DNA of 29,378 bases from Bacteriovoracia bacterium (GTDB lineage: Bacteria > Bdellovibrionota > Bacteriovoracia > Bacteriovoracales > Bacteriovoracaceae). A program made the translations under genes and the position numbers. How positions within the stretch are numbered: the first letter of the stretch is position 1; each line of letters begins with the position of its first letter. The notes beneath the pieces are model-generated. The model saw nothing but the letters and a program-made list of their open reading frames with translations. It was not told where the DNA came from and ran no database searches. The DNA lies in NCBI GenBank assembly GCA_046570105.1, contig JBKHVI010000036.1, forward strand, positions 1 through 29,378. The letters are read 5' to 3'. Shown in pieces: positions 26,151-29,378 of this stretch.

Positions 26151-27305
26151 ATGGCCCTAATAATCGAAAAAGCACGTCTCGACGATGTCGACGATCTGTT
26201 AAAACTCTACTTTGAAATCTACGGGCCATCTTACCCCGTTAAGTACGGCACGGATCGTAACTTGATGGCACAAGTTATCCAGTCAGAGTCTTATGTTTGG
26301 TTAGTCGCGCGTGACACGGAAAAAAATAAATTAGCTGGTTCGGTAGTTTTTGAACTCGATCGCGCTGATCGCGTGGGTAAAGTTTCTGCTGCCGTCGTGA
26401 GAGTGGCTTATCAAGGCCATGGACTTGCGACCAAGATGATTCGTCCGCAAGTCGAAGCCCTTCTAAACGAAGGTGTAGTTGATTCGATGTACACCACGGT
26501 TCGAACCGTGGCGATGGGACCGCAATTAATTTTTATTAAATCTGGTTTTATCCCTCTAGGGATTTTTCCTAATGCGCATAAACTTGCGGACTATGAAACC
26601 TTCACGCTTTTTGCCAAATTTCGTCCAGGTGTTCTTGAGAAGCGTCCTGCTCTTCGCACGCACGGTAAGCTGGCACCGATTTATGCTGTTCTCAATAATG
26701 AGTTGCACGAGCGTAAATTCCCCATGGCTTCCGTGACCTTCGATCCACCGATGCCGATGACGACGAATGATAAACTCGATGTGAAGTTTGAATGCATCAT
26801 CGCTCCTAATCACGTGAAGCGCCAATTCTTTAAAGCATTCACCGATCCTTATGATCGCTTCTATCCGTTTCATGATCCCAATACATTAATTGAATCAGAA
26901 GATGGTGAAACACAGATTTGGGCCTATCTCTCAAAAGGGGATGGTTACTGCGCGATTGTGAATTTTGGAAATCCAGTTTATGAATTGCGCGGAGTCTTTC
27001 GTTCTCTGATGCGTCTCTTACGTGAGCAAGGTGTGACGTATATCGAAGTTTTGATTGGCGCTGAACATATTGATTCCATCGAAGTTTTGATTCAATCGCA
27101 GTTCCTTCCCTCCGCTATTTATCCAGCGATGATGACTCGCGATGGAGTTCCTATGGACTTTGTCGTTATGAGCAGAACAGTTGAACCGCTCAACTTCCGC
27201 GGTATGACGATTAATAGTCACTTCAAACCTTATATGGATCAGTACGTAGAGCTTTGGAAGCAGATGCATCTAGATACCCTCGAGGTGTTTAATGACTACG
27301 TCTAG
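26151..27305 (+). CDS. GNAT-family N-acyltransferase (long form, probably two domains)
   Basis: SD AGGAGG. IEKARLDDVDDL, AVVRVAYQGHGLA (motif A, QxxGxA), GFIPLG. A second GNAT-like half ends FLPSAIYPAM. Confidence 0.8.
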   Translation: MALIIEKARLDDVDDLLKLYFEIYGPSYPVKYGTDRNLMAQVIQSESYVWLVARDTEKNKLAGSVVFELDRADRVGKVSAAVVRVAYQGHGLATKMIRPQVEALLNEGVVDSMYTTVRTVAMGPQLIFIKSGFIPLGIFPNAHKLADYETFTLFAKFRPGVLEKRPALRTHGKLAPIYAVLNNELHERKFPMASVTFDPPMPMTTNDKLDVKFECIIAPNHVKRQFFKAFTDPYDRFYPFHDPNTLIESEDGETQIWAYLSKGDGYCAIVNFGNPVYELRGVFRSLMRLLREQGVTYIEVLIGAEHIDSIEVLIQSQFLPSAIYPAMMTRDGVPMDFVVMSRTVEPLNFRGMTINSHFKPYMDQYVELWKQMHLDTLEVFNDYV

Positions 27306-28443
27306 TGTGGTAGTCCCTGATTCGACACTGCTCGCTCACGTGCAACAGATGTGTGATGTCGCATCACCTTATGAGTTGCGTGACGATGAATTATTCATGA
27401 AGGCCATGCGTGAAGTGAGTGCTTGGCATGTGGAAAACTGCCCATTTTATCGCGCGCTCTCATCACAAGAAAAATTCTCACCGAACAGTCTCAAAACAAT
27501 AAAAGACTTAAGCACTGTTCCAAGTGTTCTCGCGCATTTTTTCAAAGAGTATGAAGTGCTCTCGGTTCCGCCCGAGCAAGTTGCTCTTCATCTCACTTCC
27601 TCAGGTACGACAGGTCAGAAGTCTCAGGTGTTCTTTGATGATTGGAGTATCCGCGCTCCCCAAGGCATGCTTGATCGTATCTTCGAGCACTATGGTTGGG
27701 TCACTCCCAAACAGAAAGTAAATTATCTGCTTTACACCTATGAGACGGAAGAAGGCTCAAAGCTTGGCACGGCTTACACGGATCACTATCTTTGTAAGTA
27801 CGCACCCGCCGAAGAGGTCAGCATCGCTTTAAAAATGCAAGGCGATGGCTCTCATAGTTTTGATTTTGCCGGAGTGCTAGCGGCTTTAAAGCGTTTCGAA
27901 AAATCAGGTCTGCCTGTTCGTCTCTTTGGCTTTCCGGCATTCTTGAATGAAACGCTGGAGCGCATGGAGCATTTAGGTATCAGTTTGAAGCTTCATCCTG
28001 AATCATTAGTTTTTTTGGGTGGAGGTTGGAAAGGTAAGGCCTCAAAAGCTATTCCTAAAAAAGATCTCTACGCTCGCACCACTAAGTTACTGGGCATTCC
28101 AGACGAGCGCTTACGCGATGGATTTGGTTCAGTTGAGCATTGTATTCCTTATGTAGAATGCGCTCATCATGAATTTCATGTACCTGTCTGGTCGGAAGTT
28201 ATCATTCGAGATATTCACACACTCAAACCCGTTGAAAAAAACCAAGTCGGTTTTTTATCTTTTGTCTCACCTTATATGACCTCGATGCCGGCCCACGCCG
28301 TTACCATGGGAGACCTTGCATCTCTGCATGACAAATGTCCCTGCGGTAATGAGCGACCGTACTTCCGCTTAATGGGAAGGGCCGGGACGACTCAGAATAA
28401 ATCTTGTGCCATTGCGGCAGCAGAAATCTTGGGGAGGTCTTAA
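27292..28443 (+). CDS. luxE: LuxE-like acyl-protein synthetase
   Basis: HLTSSGTTGQKS (adenylation P-loop), LFGFPAF, LGGGWKG, RDGFGSVEH, MGDLA, and GRAG...KSC with a C-terminal acyl-acceptor Cys. Confidence 0.88.
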   Translation: MTTSSVVVPDSTLLAHVQQMCDVASPYELRDDELFMKAMREVSAWHVENCPFYRALSSQEKFSPNSLKTIKDLSTVPSVLAHFFKEYEVLSVPPEQVALHLTSSGTTGQKSQVFFDDWSIRAPQGMLDRIFEHYGWVTPKQKVNYLLYTYETEEGSKLGTAYTDHYLCKYAPAEEVSIALKMQGDGSHSFDFAGVLAALKRFEKSGLPVRLFGFPAFLNETLERMEHLGISLKLHPESLVFLGGGWKGKASKAIPKKDLYARTTKLLGIPDERLRDGFGSVEHCIPYVECAHHEFHVPVWSEVIIRDIHTLKPVEKNQVGFLSFVSPYMTSMPAHAVTMGDLASLHDKCPCGNERPYFRLMGRAGTTQNKSCAIAAAEILGRS

Positions 28444-29378
28444 ATGTTTCAAGATCTCACTCATCAAATTAATCATTCGCTAGGGCTTACTCTTAGCATG
28501 GGTCAATTATTAAAGGCCCTGCAGCTGATGAGTGAGGAGTTTTCTCAAGGTTCTGCTTTTCGTAAAAAAATGGAAAACATTTTGAGTCTTCATGGTGTGC
28601 CTCAACACGAAATCACAGAGGGCATGGAAGGGATCAAGGAATTTTTAAAACCAGCACTCCTCAAGAAAAAATTGGCCCGCGAATTAGGCACGGAAAATCC
28701 CTTTGCGCTTGAGCGTGCTGATTTCACGCAAGAAGTTTTTGAAGGATGGGCGCCTCTAGGTGTACTCGTGCATGTTACTCCAGCGAATGCGTGGACTGTT
28801 GGCTTTTTAAGTGTCATCGAAGGTCTTCTTGCTGGTAACCTCAATATTCTTAAACTCTCATCGACGGATAGTGAGTTTGCAACGGAGTGTTTGAAGCGCT
28901 TGGGTGAACTTGAGCCCACCGGCGTTCTTAAGACTCGTTTGATCTCGGCGAAAATTTCTTCGAAAGATAAAGAGCAAATGAAAGCGATGTTGTCACACGC
29001 TGATGGCGTGGCCGCCTGGGGTGGAGAAGAGGCGATTCGCGGATTAAAAGAGCTCACGCCAGAAGGCGCGCGCTTTATTGATTGGGGCCCAAAAATCTCT
29101 TTTGCTTATTTCACTGAGGCCCACACTCAAACTCATGAGATCGAAGCCCTGGTGCGCGAAGTGTGTGATGGCGATCAGCAAGCGTGCTCGGCTCCTCAGT
29201 GTGTTTATTTGGAAACTGAGAGCGATGAAGTCTTAATGAGTTTTGCCAAAAAACTCGCGGCTGCTTTTGAAAAGTTGAGTGCGGATATTCCTGGACGTAC
29301 TCCTGATACAGCGGAAACTTCCGAGATCACCGTGGTGACTCGCATGCAAGAACTGAAGCGTGCCATGAATCAAGGTGA
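28444..29378 (+). CDS. luxC: LuxC-like acyl-CoA/acyl-protein reductase (partial, runs off the right edge)
   Basis: Not in the ORF track. ATG follows the luxE TAA directly and the frame stays open to the end: MFQDLTHQIN...WAPLGVLVHVTPANAW...GLLAGNLNILKLSS...VAAWGGEEAI...DWGPKISF...DQQACSAPQCVYLE. Catalytic Cys codon at 29185-29187. Confidence 0.9.
   Translation, partial: MFQDLTHQINHSLGLTLSMGQLLKALQLMSEEFSQGSAFRKKMENILSLHGVPQHEITEGMEGIKEFLKPALLKKKLARELGTENPFALERADFTQEVFEGWAPLGVLVHVTPANAWTVGFLSVIEGLLAGNLNILKLSSTDSEFATECLKRLGELEPTGVLKTRLISAKISSKDKEQMKAMLSHADGVAAWGGEEAIRGLKELTPEGARFIDWGPKISFAYFTEAHTQTHEIEALVREVCDGDQQACSAPQCVYLETESDEVLMSFAKKLAAAFEKLSADIPGRTPDTAETSEITVVTRMQELKRAMNQG

Noticed and set aside
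28602..29057. 151-aa minus-strand ORF
   Set aside because: Antisense shadow of the luxC-like frame, with no recognisable motifs.
26151..29378. Bioluminescence (lux) operon
   Set aside because: Only luxE- and luxC-like genes are visible, in non-canonical order, with no luxA, luxB or luxD. Light production is unsupported, although the downstream sequence is unseen.

Overview
This is a gene-dense chromosomal window, most likely from a predatory Bdellovibrionota bacterium (Bacteriovoracia-like; inferred from gene content and protein style, not from a search). The core block is engB, an FHA-like sigma-54 activator, accA-yicC-gmk-rel (no rpoZ), maeB, ridA, a YdcF-family gene, a solute:sodium symporter and an ABC-F ATPase, plus tRNA-Leu(CAA). 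Accessory-looking genes include a TIGR02147-like HTH protein, a secreted HExxH metalloprotease, an acyltransferase-SDR-desaturase lipid operon, an orphan FliL-like gene, an outer-membrane barrel plus lipoprotein pair, a thioredoxin-fold protein, an alpha/alpha-toroid protein and an AlkB-like dioxygenase. The best candidate for an undescribed system is at the right end: a tightly coupled GNAT-luxE-luxC operon, with no luxD or luxAB visible, that runs off the window; its luxC ORF is missing from the supplied track. Non-coding signals of note are a ~160-bp multi-hairpin element with terminal inverted repeats (15902-16061), repeated -10 boxes 6-7 nt before start codons (probable leaderless mRNAs), back-to-back sigma-28-like promoters with an operator-like palindrome, and a CsrA-like GGA hairpin next to the protease ribosome-binding site. 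I saw no CRISPR array, transposase, integrase or phage genes.
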